Positions 55,735 to 64,000 of a DNA stretch of 64,000 bases are shown here, one piece after another; the first letter of the stretch is position 1; the number at the start of each line of letters is the position of its first letter. The notes beneath the pieces are model-generated. The model searched no databases, was not told where the DNA came from, and saw only the letters and a program-made list of their open reading frames with translations. The translations under genes and the position numbers were made by a program. Source of the DNA: Candidatus Kapaibacterium sp. (GTDB taxonomy: Bacteria > Bacteroidota > Ignavibacteria > Palsa-1295); assembly GCA_046590205.1 (NCBI GenBank), contig JBKJTT010000007.1:89700-153699 (forward strand), read 5' to 3'.

Positions 55735-57240
55735 ATGAAATTCAGTAAGCTCACGCGGCAACGAGAGATCGGCATTCTCGCCTTTAACGGCTCGAAGGAT
55801 GCCGATCTCTCTGACCCGCAATATGATTCAAGAAAAGTCACGCACGGCTCGACCTTCGTTGCGGTAAAAGGATTCACACATGATGGGCATGTCTTCATTA
55901 GTCAAGCTATTGAAAGCGGCGCGACAACTATTGTCGTTGAAGATGCACAAGCATTCAGCGAAGAAGATGCAGAACGTCTTCAAGTGAACAGATTGCTTGT
56001 CGAGGATTCCCGCAAAGCGCTTGCACACATAGCAGAAGAGGCATTTGGTCATCCCTCAAAAAAGCTACGGCTTATCGGAGTAACCGGCACGAACGGTAAA
56101 ACAACGACATCTAACCTCATCAAACAACTGCTCGAACACAAAGGAGAGCGCACCGGACTCATTGGTACGCTCGGTGTCTGGATAGAGAACAATTTTATAC
56201 CTGCAGAGCATACAACTCCCGAATCACGTGACCTATCGGCATTGCTTGCGAAGATGGTCAGCGAAGGCGTAACGACATGCGTGATGGAAGTGAGTTCACA
56301 TTCAGTCATACTCGAACGAGTATCAGCACTTGATTTTGATATTGCTATCTTCACCAATCTAACGCAAGATCATCTTGATTTTCATAAGACGATGGATGCG
56401 TATGCACGAGCGAAGCAGCAGTTCTTTTCATCGCTCAAAGAGACAGCGATCGCGATAACGAATACAGATGACGCGCACGGCGCATACATGACGGAGTTTT
56501 CTCATGCGAATGTACATTCGTATGGTAAGGATGACAGTACAGTTTTTGGTAGTGCAGATATAGTGGCATCGCGCCTGCTTGGCGATATTCATGGTACTTC
56601 ATTCACTATTCGTAAACGGTATTCTGATGAAGAAGCAAATGTAGCAAGTCCACTTGTCGGTTCGTTCAATGTCTATAATTTACTTGCGTCTATATCAGCA
56701 TTGTATTTTGGTGTTGAAGGATGTTCATTAGAGTTTCTTGCAAGGACGTCGAAGAGCATTGTGCCTGTTCGAGGAAGGTTTGAACAGCTTGCGCTAACAA
56801 ACGGAGCAACAGCGATCATTGATTACGCTCACACTCCTGATGCGCTTGAGAGCGTGCTTCAAACGATACAAGAACTCAAAGAACAAGGCAAAGTCATTAC
56901 AGTCTTTGGGTGCGGAGGTGACAGGGATAAAGGCAAACGTCCGCTCATGGGTACAGCAGCAAAGAAGTTTTCTGATATAGTAATCGTTACCGGTGACAAC
57001 CCTCGCAGTGAAGACCCACTCTCGATAATAAATGAGATACTTGTCGGTATCCCAGATGTGACGGGTGTAGAAATGATCACTGATAGAAAAGAAGCGATTA
57101 CTCATGCACTTTCTCTATGCACCGAAGGTGACATCATTCTCATCGCAGGTAAAGGACATGAAGATTATCAGATAATCGGCAAAGAAAAGATACACTTCAG
57201 CGATAGAGAAGTTGTCGAAGAGTGGAATAACAAGTTTTAA
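55735..57240 (+). CDS. murE: UDP-N-acetylmuramoyl-L-alanyl-D-glutamate--2,6-diaminopimelate ligase
   Basis: Mur ligase P-loop 'GVTGTNGKTTT'. The C-terminal 'DNPRSEDP' motif is characteristic of MurE. Confidence 0.9.
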   Translation: MKFSKLTRQREIGILAFNGSKDADLSDPQYDSRKVTHGSTFVAVKGFTHDGHVFISQAIESGATTIVVEDAQAFSEEDAERLQVNRLLVEDSRKALAHIAEEAFGHPSKKLRLIGVTGTNGKTTTSNLIKQLLEHKGERTGLIGTLGVWIENNFIPAEHTTPESRDLSALLAKMVSEGVTTCVMEVSSHSVILERVSALDFDIAIFTNLTQDHLDFHKTMDAYARAKQQFFSSLKETAIAITNTDDAHGAYMTEFSHANVHSYGKDDSTVFGSADIVASRLLGDIHGTSFTIRKRYSDEEANVASPLVGSFNVYNLLASISALYFGVEGCSLEFLARTSKSIVPVRGRFEQLALTNGATAIIDYAHTPDALESVLQTIQELKEQGKVITVFGCGGDRDKGKRPLMGTAAKKFSDIVIVTGDNPRSEDPLSIINEILVGIPDVTGVEMITDRKEAITHALSLCTEGDIILIAGKGHEDYQIIGKEKIHFSDREVVEEWNNKF

Positions 57241-57251
57241 CCACAAGCGCT

Positions 57252-58649
57252 GTGGTGTCTTTGCGAAAAACAATGAATATCACAACCAAAGACCTTTTAC
57301 AGGTAAAACATTTATCTTCCGAGCTTACCACAACCACAAAGTTTTCCAATGTCTCGACAGATTCACGAACCGTAAAAAAAGGTGATCTTTTTATCGCCCT
57401 TCGCGGTGAGAATTTTGACGGGCATGATTTTATTGCACAGGTTGCAAAACAAGGCGCGAAGGCAGCTATCGTTGATGCAAAGTGGTTTCGCAAAATACCC
57501 AGACGCCCAAAGCTGAACTATCTCGTCGTCAAAGATACGACAGAGGCGATGGGAGAACTTGCACGATTGTATCGTCGGAAGCTTGAGATACCGATACTTG
57601 CTATCGGCGGCGCAAACGGGAAGACGACCACCAAAGAGCTTGTGGCACACGTATTAGGCACGTCGTTCAACGTACTAAAGACGGAAGCCAACTTTAATAA
57701 TAAAGTTGGCGTGCCACAAATGCTCTTCCGGTTAACTAACAAGCATCAGATAGCAGTTCTTGAGATAGGGACAAATCATCCCGGCGAAGTTGCATGGCTT
57801 ACAAATGTCATTGAGCCGACTCATACGCTCATCACAAATATCGGCAGAGAGCATCTTGAGTTCTTTAAGAACTTAGATGGTGTAGCCAAAGAAGAGACAA
57901 GCGCATTCTTCATCACCGAAGCGATGAACGGTTTCGGATTTATTAATCATGATGACCAATATCTCAAGCCATTCTCAAAGCTCTTCGGCGAGTGGTCAAT
58001 ATCATACGGGACAAAAGGCAAGGCAGATGTCGTAGGCAAAAGCAAAGGCTACGATGCAAAAGGCAAACATATTATTGAGCTTTCCTACGGAAAGAAGAAG
58101 TTTATAGCAAAGACGAATCTACTTGCTAAGTATGCAGCGAATCTTTGCGCGTCGGTAACAGCGGTTGCACTTCACTTCAATATCTCACAAGCAAAGATAA
58201 AGAAGGCGCTCGAAAGTTACCAGCCGCACTCAAAGCGGATGCAGATAGAAAAGCTAAAGAGCGGAGTGACCATCATCAATGATGCGTACAATGCAAACCC
58301 CGAATCATTCATCGCTGCACTTGATACGCTTAAGGGCATTCCGTCGAAGGGCAGAAAGTTTATTGTCGCAGGTGATATGTTCGAGCTTGGCGCAACTGCC
58401 AAACGGGAGCATACTGCTCTTGGCAAAGCGATGAAGAAGTATAAACTTCGCGGCTACCTCTTTACAGGTAAAGACATGAAGCTCGCGCATAAAGCTCTCG
58501 GCTCACGAAACGGATTTCACTTCAACACAAAAGATGAGATCGCGACGGTTCTGCGAAGCGTCCTGCAAAAAGGAGATATCGTGCTCGTGAAGGGTTCGAG
58601 AGGGATGAAGATGGAAGAAGTTATTGAAAAATTACGAATTTCGAGTTAG
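57252..58649 (+). CDS. murF: UDP-N-acetylmuramoyl-tripeptide--D-alanyl-D-alanine ligase
   Basis: 'GGANGKTTTKEL' P-loop. Mur ligase middle and C-terminal domains. Position after murE. Confidence 0.9.
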   Translation: MVSLRKTMNITTKDLLQVKHLSSELTTTTKFSNVSTDSRTVKKGDLFIALRGENFDGHDFIAQVAKQGAKAAIVDAKWFRKIPRRPKLNYLVVKDTTEAMGELARLYRRKLEIPILAIGGANGKTTTKELVAHVLGTSFNVLKTEANFNNKVGVPQMLFRLTNKHQIAVLEIGTNHPGEVAWLTNVIEPTHTLITNIGREHLEFFKNLDGVAKEETSAFFITEAMNGFGFINHDDQYLKPFSKLFGEWSISYGTKGKADVVGKSKGYDAKGKHIIELSYGKKKFIAKTNLLAKYAANLCASVTAVALHFNISQAKIKKALESYQPHSKRMQIEKLKSGVTIINDAYNANPESFIAALDTLKGIPSKGRKFIVAGDMFELGATAKREHTALGKAMKKYKLRGYLFTGKDMKLAHKALGSRNGFHFNTKDEIATVLRSVLQKGDIVLVKGSRGMKMEEVIEKLRISS

Positions 58650-58707
58650 GAATTACGATCACATTCCAATTCGTAATTCATAATTGTTAATTCGTAATTG
58701 AAACGTT

Positions 58708-59823
58708 ATGCTCTACTATTTATTCGACTGGATAAACAAGACATTCTCGCCTCCGGGCGGTGAGCTTATCAGGTTCATTACATTTCGCTCTGCACTCGCT
58801 GCGCTATCAGCACTGGCTATAAGTCTTTTTATCGGACCGAAGATCATTGCACGGCTCAAGAAGATGCAGATAGCCGAGCAAGGAAAGGTCGAGGCACCGA
58901 AAGGACATTTATCAAAAGCTGGCACACCGATGATGGGTGGACTCATCATCCTCGCCGCAACGCTCGGACCGACACTCATCTGGGCAGACATTCTCAATGT
59001 CTTTGTCATCCTCATCTTCGTTGCAATGCTTATTCTTGGTGGCATTGGTTTTCTTGATGATTATCTAAAGGTCATTAAGAAAAAGAAGAAAGGACTTATC
59101 GCAAGGTGGAAGCTTGTCGGGCAAGTTGGGGTTGGGCTGATTGTCGGCGGCGGCATCATGCTTGCTCCGGAAACATTCGGTGAAGTACTGACGGCAACGA
59201 CAGTACCCTTTGTAAAGAACTTCATCTTTGAGTTCGGTGATTGGCTCTACATTCCGTTCGTCATACTTGTTATCACTGCAACATCAAATGCGGTGAACAT
59301 CACTGACGGTCTCGATGGGCTTGCATCGGGGACGGTAGCCATTGCCTTCATCGCAGTTCTTGCGCTTGCGTACTTTACTGGTAACTTACAGTTAAGTGAA
59401 TATCTCAACCTGCCGTACTTGCGCGGTGCAGGTGAGTTGACGGTTTTTTGCGCTGCGCTCATTGGTGCATCGCTGGGGTTCCTGTGGTTCAATGCCTATC
59501 CTGCACAAGTGTTCATGGGTGATACGGGCTCGCTTGCTTTAGGTGGCGCGCTTGGGACGGCAATGGTACTGATAAAGAAAGAATTCGTTCTGCCGATAGT
59601 AGGCGGTATCTTCTTTATCGAATCCATGTCAGTCATAGCACAGACGCTATACTTCAAGTACACTCGCAAGCGATATGGCGAGGGCAAGCGCATCCTGAAG
59701 ATGGCTCCGCTGCATCATCACTTCGAACTTATCGGTTGGGCAGAACCAAAGATAGTAACACGAGCATACATCATTGCAATACTCTTCGCAATCTTGATGC
59801 TAACGACATTTAAGGTACGATAA
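58708..59823 (+). CDS. mraY: Phospho-N-acetylmuramoyl-pentapeptide-transferase
   Basis: 'NAVNITDGLDGLA' and 'MGDTGSLALGG' MraY motifs. 10 TM helices. Confidence 0.9.
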   Translation: MLYYLFDWINKTFSPPGGELIRFITFRSALAALSALAISLFIGPKIIARLKKMQIAEQGKVEAPKGHLSKAGTPMMGGLIILAATLGPTLIWADILNVFVILIFVAMLILGGIGFLDDYLKVIKKKKKGLIARWKLVGQVGVGLIVGGGIMLAPETFGEVLTATTVPFVKNFIFEFGDWLYIPFVILVITATSNAVNITDGLDGLASGTVAIAFIAVLALAYFTGNLQLSEYLNLPYLRGAGELTVFCAALIGASLGFLWFNAYPAQVFMGDTGSLALGGALGTAMVLIKKEFVLPIVGGIFFIESMSVIAQTLYFKYTRKRYGEGKRILKMAPLHHHFELIGWAEPKIVTRAYIIAILFAILMLTTFKVR

Positions 59824-59841
59824 TTTTAATTAGTCATCATT

Positions 59842-61194
59842 ATGCAATACCGCGGCAAACGTTTTTCCGTGCTGGGCGCGGGGAGATCGGGTCTTGCGTG
59901 CGTGAGATTGCTACTTAAGAGAAGGGCAAAGGTCTTTCTCTCGGATTCTGCTCCAAAAGTAAAATATGCGGCAGCGCAGAAAGAGCTTGATGAACTTGGC
60001 ATAGAGTATGAGTTCGGTGATAATACACATCTTGTTCTCGAAGCCGATGCGATAGTCGTTAGTCCGGGTGTCCCAAGTGATAGCCCGATACTCCTGCTCG
60101 CTAAAGAAAAGAACATCCCAATCATCGGCGAGATAGAACTTGCGTTTGAATTTGCCGAAGCACCCATCGTTGCGATCACAGGCACGAACGGTAAGACGAC
60201 AGCGACGACACTTACAGGCGAGATATTCAAACATGCCGGATGGAAGACGACAGTTGCCGGAAATATCGGCACTGCATTCGCTGATGTGGTAGAAGATGCG
60301 CAAGGTGAGAAAGCAGTGAACGTGCTTGAAGTATCGAGCTTCCAACTTGATACGATAAAAAGTTTTCGACCGAAGGTTTCGGCACTGCTGAACATCACAC
60401 CTGACCACCTCGATAGATACGTAAACTACGAAGCGTACATTCAGTCCAAGTTTCGAATAGTTGAGAACCAGAAGGGGCATGATATCTTCGTATATAATCA
60501 TGATGACCTAACGGTTCGCGGACTTGCCGATACACTTGCCATTCGCACGTATGGCTTCTCGCTTCATGAAGAGATGAAGAACGGGGCGTATCTCGACGGG
60601 GAGAATGTTATTATCCGCATCGGACGAGAAAGAGAACTACTCATTAATAAAAATGAGATTGGCATTCTCGGTCCGCATAACCTGATGAATGCAATGGCAG
60701 CATCGCTCATTGCCAAGGCGATGGGCATTGAATTCGATGTCATTCGGGAAGTGCTAAAGAGCTTCAAAGGAGTTGAGCACCGCATTGAGTTCGTGCGGGA
60801 GCTTGATGGCATTAAGTACTTCAATGACTCGAAGGCAACGAATGTGGATTCCCTAAAGTATGCTCTGCAAAGTTTTAGAGAACCGGTCATACTCATAGCA
60901 GGCGGAAAAGATAAAGGCAATGACTACTCTTTACTCAAAGACTTGGTAAAAGAGCATGTCAAAGCGATCATCTCAATAGGAGACGGTGCAAAGAAAGTAG
61001 AAAAAGCTTTCAAGGATATTGCCCCTGTTCATTCAGGCGGACACTCGATGGAAGCAGCAGTTGAGTTAGCACGAAAAGAAGCATCGAAAGGCGATGTTGT
61101 GCTTCTCTCGCCCGCCTGTGCCAGCTTCGATATGTTCGATAACTATGAGCATCGAGGGAAAGTATTTAAAGAGACAGTAAGCAATCTAAAATAA
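59842..61194 (+). CDS. murD: UDP-N-acetylmuramoylalanine--D-glutamate ligase
   Basis: 'VLGAGRSGLA' N-terminal Rossmann motif and 'ITGTNGKTTAT' P-loop. Confidence 0.9.
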   Translation: MQYRGKRFSVLGAGRSGLACVRLLLKRRAKVFLSDSAPKVKYAAAQKELDELGIEYEFGDNTHLVLEADAIVVSPGVPSDSPILLLAKEKNIPIIGEIELAFEFAEAPIVAITGTNGKTTATTLTGEIFKHAGWKTTVAGNIGTAFADVVEDAQGEKAVNVLEVSSFQLDTIKSFRPKVSALLNITPDHLDRYVNYEAYIQSKFRIVENQKGHDIFVYNHDDLTVRGLADTLAIRTYGFSLHEEMKNGAYLDGENVIIRIGRERELLINKNEIGILGPHNLMNAMAASLIAKAMGIEFDVIREVLKSFKGVEHRIEFVRELDGIKYFNDSKATNVDSLKYALQSFREPVILIAGGKDKGNDYSLLKDLVKEHVKAIISIGDGAKKVEKAFKDIAPVHSGGHSMEAAVELARKEASKGDVVLLSPACASFDMFDNYEHRGKVFKETVSNLK

Positions 61195-61195
61195 C

Positions 61196-62335
61196 ATGAA
61201 GCCCAAAAAAACAGCTGACATGGGGTTATTCCTCACCGTTACGGGCTTACTGCTTGCATCTCTTGCATTTGTCTATACGGCAAGCGCATCGTTCTCTATC
61301 GCAAAGACAGACACGAGCGAAGGAATGCTTATCCGCCATGCGACAAAGGTCGTGCTTGCAATTGCGGCTATGCTTTTCTTCACGAAGATAGACTATCACA
61401 AATTCCAGAAATATACAAAGTGGCTGATGGCACTTGCGGTCGTGTTTCTGGTTGCTGTTCTTGCTGTCGGTACAAAAGAGCTTGGCGCACGACGCTGGCT
61501 GCCGCTTGGTCCGTTCAGTTTTCAACCATCGGAGTTTGTGAAGATAGCACTTGTGATGCACATCGCAGCCATGTGCGCCGCAAAGAAAGAATACATCGGT
61601 GATTTCAAACGCTCATTCGTACCAATAATGGTATGGGCAGGACTTGCGGCAGTGCTTATCGCCAAGCAACCGAATATGTCAAATGCCGCAGTACTTGTGA
61701 TGCTGACATTTGGAATTATGTACGTGGCGCAGATGCCGATAAAGTATCTGATGGCAAGCGCATGTGTTGTCGTCGTCGGAGGCGGTATCTACGCAATGAC
61801 TGCATGGTACAGAGTCCAACGAATACTAACTTTCTTAGGACATGAGAATGAACACAGCGAGCAGATAGGATACCAAACCCAACAGGCACTCATCGCTCTC
61901 GGCAATGGCGGACTCATGGGAGTCGGCATCGGGCAATCGCGACAACGAGACTTCTACTTGCCTGAATCCTACGGTGATTTCATCTACTCTGTCATCGGCG
62001 AAGAGTACGGATTTATCGGCGCTGCATTCTTAATCATTATCTTTGCATTCATCATGATACGCGGAGTGCAAATATCAAAACATGCTCCTGACCTTTTCGG
62101 CAGATACCTTGCTTTTGGTATCACGCTTATGATCGCGATAAACGTCCTCATCAACTCGTTTGTGAATTCAGGGCTTATGCCTGTAACGGGATTGCCGATG
62201 CCATTCATTAGCTATGGCGGAACGAGCATGATCTTCAGCGCGGCGGCGATAGGCATTCTGCTTAACATATCAAAATACACCGAGACGATGCCGAAGAAGG
62301 TAAAGGTACCGCTCACAACAAGCTTTGCACAATGA
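61196..62335 (+). CDS. ftsW: SEDS-family peptidoglycan glycosyltransferase FtsW
   Basis: 10-TM SEDS pattern. 'LPLGPFSFQPSEFVK', 'LPESYGDFIYSVIGEE' and 'PFISYGGTS' motifs. Confidence 0.85.
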   Translation: MKPKKTADMGLFLTVTGLLLASLAFVYTASASFSIAKTDTSEGMLIRHATKVVLAIAAMLFFTKIDYHKFQKYTKWLMALAVVFLVAVLAVGTKELGARRWLPLGPFSFQPSEFVKIALVMHIAAMCAAKKEYIGDFKRSFVPIMVWAGLAAVLIAKQPNMSNAAVLVMLTFGIMYVAQMPIKYLMASACVVVVGGGIYAMTAWYRVQRILTFLGHENEHSEQIGYQTQQALIALGNGGLMGVGIGQSRQRDFYLPESYGDFIYSVIGEEYGFIGAAFLIIIFAFIMIRGVQISKHAPDLFGRYLAFGITLMIAINVLINSFVNSGLMPVTGLPMPFISYGGTSMIFSAAAIGILLNISKYTETMPKKVKVPLTTSFAQ

Positions 62336-63429
62336 AAAGTATTGTCATAGCAGCAGGCGGCACGGGTGGGCATCTCTACCCTGCAATAGCAGTTGCAGAT
62401 GAGATACGTTCGATTAACCCTGATATACGTATTGTCTTTATCGGTACATCCAACCGAATCGAATCACGCGAAGTACCGCGGCTCGGATATGAGTTTTACC
62501 CTATCCAAATAGCCGCACCGGGGAGGTCAATCGGAAAGCTTGTTCCCTTCCCATTCATGTATATGAACGCCGTTCGGCAATCGCTAAAAGTAATGCGGGA
62601 AGTTAAACCCTCTGCATTTATGGGCGGCGGTGCATATTTAAGTTTGCCTGTTGCACAGGCAGCGAGAATGCGAAGGATACCTTCTGCACTCTTAGAAATA
62701 AATGCTGTGGTTGGCAGAGCCAATAAGATACTTGCTCGCGGAGTAGATAAAGTATTTCTCGCATATCCGGAATCAAAAAATGATTTTGATCCATCGCTTC
62801 AACGAAAGATAGAGATAACAGGTACGCCTGTTCGTCCGACTCTTAGTGCGAACAGCATATCGCAAGCGGATGCGCGTTCGCAATTTCGGCTCGACCCGGA
62901 ACGTCGTACGTTGCTTGTCTTCGGCGGCTCGCTCGGAGCGAGGTCGCTTAATGAGGTAATGAGAACATCAGTTACTCGGTTTCTTGAAGCAGGGTTAAAT
63001 GTCATTTGGCAAACAGGACCCACGACAGACTTCGATCAGATGAAAGCGATATTTTCTGAGACTGCAAATCTTGCATTGCTGCCGTATATCAATGATATGG
63101 GTGCGGCGTATGCAGCGGCTGACTTGGTAGTCTCGCGTTCAGGCGCATCTACGCTTGCCGAACTTGCCACGCTTGGCAAGCCCGCGATACTGATTCCGTA
63201 TCCGCTTGCAATAAAAAATCATCAGGAATACAATGCCCGTGCATTTGAGTTATCAGATGCGGCGGTGATGCTTCTTGATAAAGAACTGCCTGCAAAGTTC
63301 GAGCACATGGTGCTTGATCTTGTCTTCAATGAGGCGAAACTTCGCGCGATGCAAGAGAAAATCTTACAAAGGGAGAACAAAGATGCACGGAAAGTTGTAG
63401 CAAGATGGTTACTCTCTCATTGCACGTGA
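62332..63429 (+). CDS. murG: UDP-N-acetylglucosamine--N-acetylmuramyl-(pentapeptide) pyrophosphoryl-undecaprenol N-acetylglucosamine transferase
   Basis: 'IAAGGTGGHLYPAIAVA' G-loop and C-terminal 'SRSGASTLAELA' motif. Confidence 0.9.
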   Translation: MKSIVIAAGGTGGHLYPAIAVADEIRSINPDIRIVFIGTSNRIESREVPRLGYEFYPIQIAAPGRSIGKLVPFPFMYMNAVRQSLKVMREVKPSAFMGGGAYLSLPVAQAARMRRIPSALLEINAVVGRANKILARGVDKVFLAYPESKNDFDPSLQRKIEITGTPVRPTLSANSISQADARSQFRLDPERRTLLVFGGSLGARSLNEVMRTSVTRFLEAGLNVIWQTGPTTDFDQMKAIFSETANLALLPYINDMGAAYAAADLVVSRSGASTLAELATLGKPAILIPYPLAIKNHQEYNARAFELSDAAVMLLDKELPAKFEHMVLDLVFNEAKLRAMQEKILQRENKDARKVVARWLLSHCT

Positions 63430-63435
63430 TACATT

Positions 63436-63933
63436 ATGGCTGAAGAAGAGAAAAAATTTCGATATACCTATACATTCCTCTACCAATCGGTAGCGGTCTA
63501 TGCGACGACGCTTGCTGCGTATTTAGTTATCCGCGGATTTCTCATCGAGAAAGAATTCAGTATCGTCTTGAGAGATCCGGTTCTGTTTCTGCTCTCGGTG
63601 ATTATCATCGTATCTGCGCTTGCTATCATCTATAATATGTGGCTTCGTAGATGTATCCGTATCTCTGCCGATAAGATAGTTTTAGAAAGCCGCTTGCGGC
63701 AGTTCGCGATTGAGCGAAGCAACGTAAGTTCTATTCGCCGGAGCTTATCGCGAGAAAATAGATTCCCGAAGACGCCCGTCATTATCTTTCGCTTGAAAGA
63801 CAGAAAGCGTCCGCTTCGCATACGTACCTATAACTTCGAGAAGAACGAAGAGCTGTACACAGAAATAAAAAGCTGGGCTGGTCGGCTTCTTGATGAACGG
63901 CGTAAGATCCGCAAGGGAGGCAGCACAAACTAA
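63436..63933 (+). CDS. Hypothetical two-TM membrane protein with basic C-terminal tail, inserted between murG and murC
   Basis: Two hydrophobic helices (VAVYATTLAAYLVIRGFLI ; LFLLSVIIIVSALAIIYNMW) followed by an R/K-rich soluble region. Tightly packed between murG (7-bp gap) and murC (8-bp gap). Confidence 0.5.
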   Translation: MAEEEKKFRYTYTFLYQSVAVYATTLAAYLVIRGFLIEKEFSIVLRDPVLFLLSVIIIVSALAIIYNMWLRRCIRISADKIVLESRLRQFAIERSNVSSIRRSLSRENRFPKTPVIIFRLKDRKRPLRIRTYNFEKNEELYTEIKSWAGRLLDERRKIRKGGSTN

Positions 63934-63940
63934 TGCAGCG

Positions 63941-64000
63941 AGTGCATTTTATAGGTATCGGCGGAGCCGGTATGTCAGGGCTTGCCGAGATATTACTTGC
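63941..64000 (+). CDS. murC: UDP-N-acetylmuramate--L-alanine ligase, N-terminal fragment (continues past window end)
   Basis: 'MQRVHFIGIGGAGMSGLAEILL' is the conserved MurC N-terminus. Confidence 0.8.

Noticed and set aside
1-64000. CRISPR arrays, rRNA genes, IS elements and integrases
   Set aside because: No regularly spaced direct repeats, no rRNA-like conserved blocks, and no transposase or integrase-like ORFs were seen anywhere in the window.

Overview
This 64-kb window reads as a bacterial chromosome segment, most likely from the Bacteroidota/Ignavibacteriota/Chlorobi (FCB) group. The main reason is that at least four secreted proteins end in a T9SS C-terminal sorting domain of the '(N)YPNPA...GSYIY...G(T)L.V.K' type. 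Coding density is high and no rRNA, tRNA or CRISPR array was seen.

Content from start to end:
- TerC-family membrane protein, hemerythrin-like protein and an RRM RNA-binding protein.
- A BNR-repeat T9SS cargo protein.
- A nucleotide-sugar/polysaccharide locus: bi-domain Zn-ADH/Gfo-Idh-MocA oxidoreductase, UDP-xylose synthase, UDP-glucose 6-dehydrogenase, and further on an O-antigen-ligase-like and a Wzz-like protein. It is interrupted by a small islet carrying an Mrr type IV restriction enzyme and a DUF4160/DUF2442 pair.
- A bacilliredoxin-like protein, rpoN, an overlapping MNT/HEPN toxin-antitoxin pair, a NamZ-like DUF1343 protein, and an apparent dnaB-ridA-acyl-CoA dehydrogenase operon.
- A peroxiredoxin, then three consecutive T9SS cargo genes (one a Kelch beta-propeller).
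- A TonB-dependent receptor, a TetR regulator and an ECF sigma factor.
- Two MsrB paralogs flanking an ElbB/DJ-1 protein and a KirBac-type K+ channel.
- An HdrE/HdrD-like fused membrane Fe-S oxidoreductase.
- A low-GC islet with an unknown membrane protein and an orphan HicB-like ORF.
- uppP, yidC, mnmE, mnmG, murQ, and a TIR/TolB_N-like/TPR protein.
- A complete dcw cluster, mraZ-rsmH-ftsL-ftsI-murE-murF-mraY-murD-ftsW-murG, then a hypothetical membrane protein and the start of murC.

The most notable non-genic observations are an AT-rich intergenic region with a perfect plus several near DnaA boxes at a gene-strand switch (candidate origin-like region), a roughly 115-bp nested palindromic element between uxs and ugd, a 12-bp palindrome TTCCACGTGGAA bracketing mnmG, and MraZ-type GTGGG repeats upstream of mraZ. 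All protein calls rest on motifs read by eye from the translations. No database search was run.
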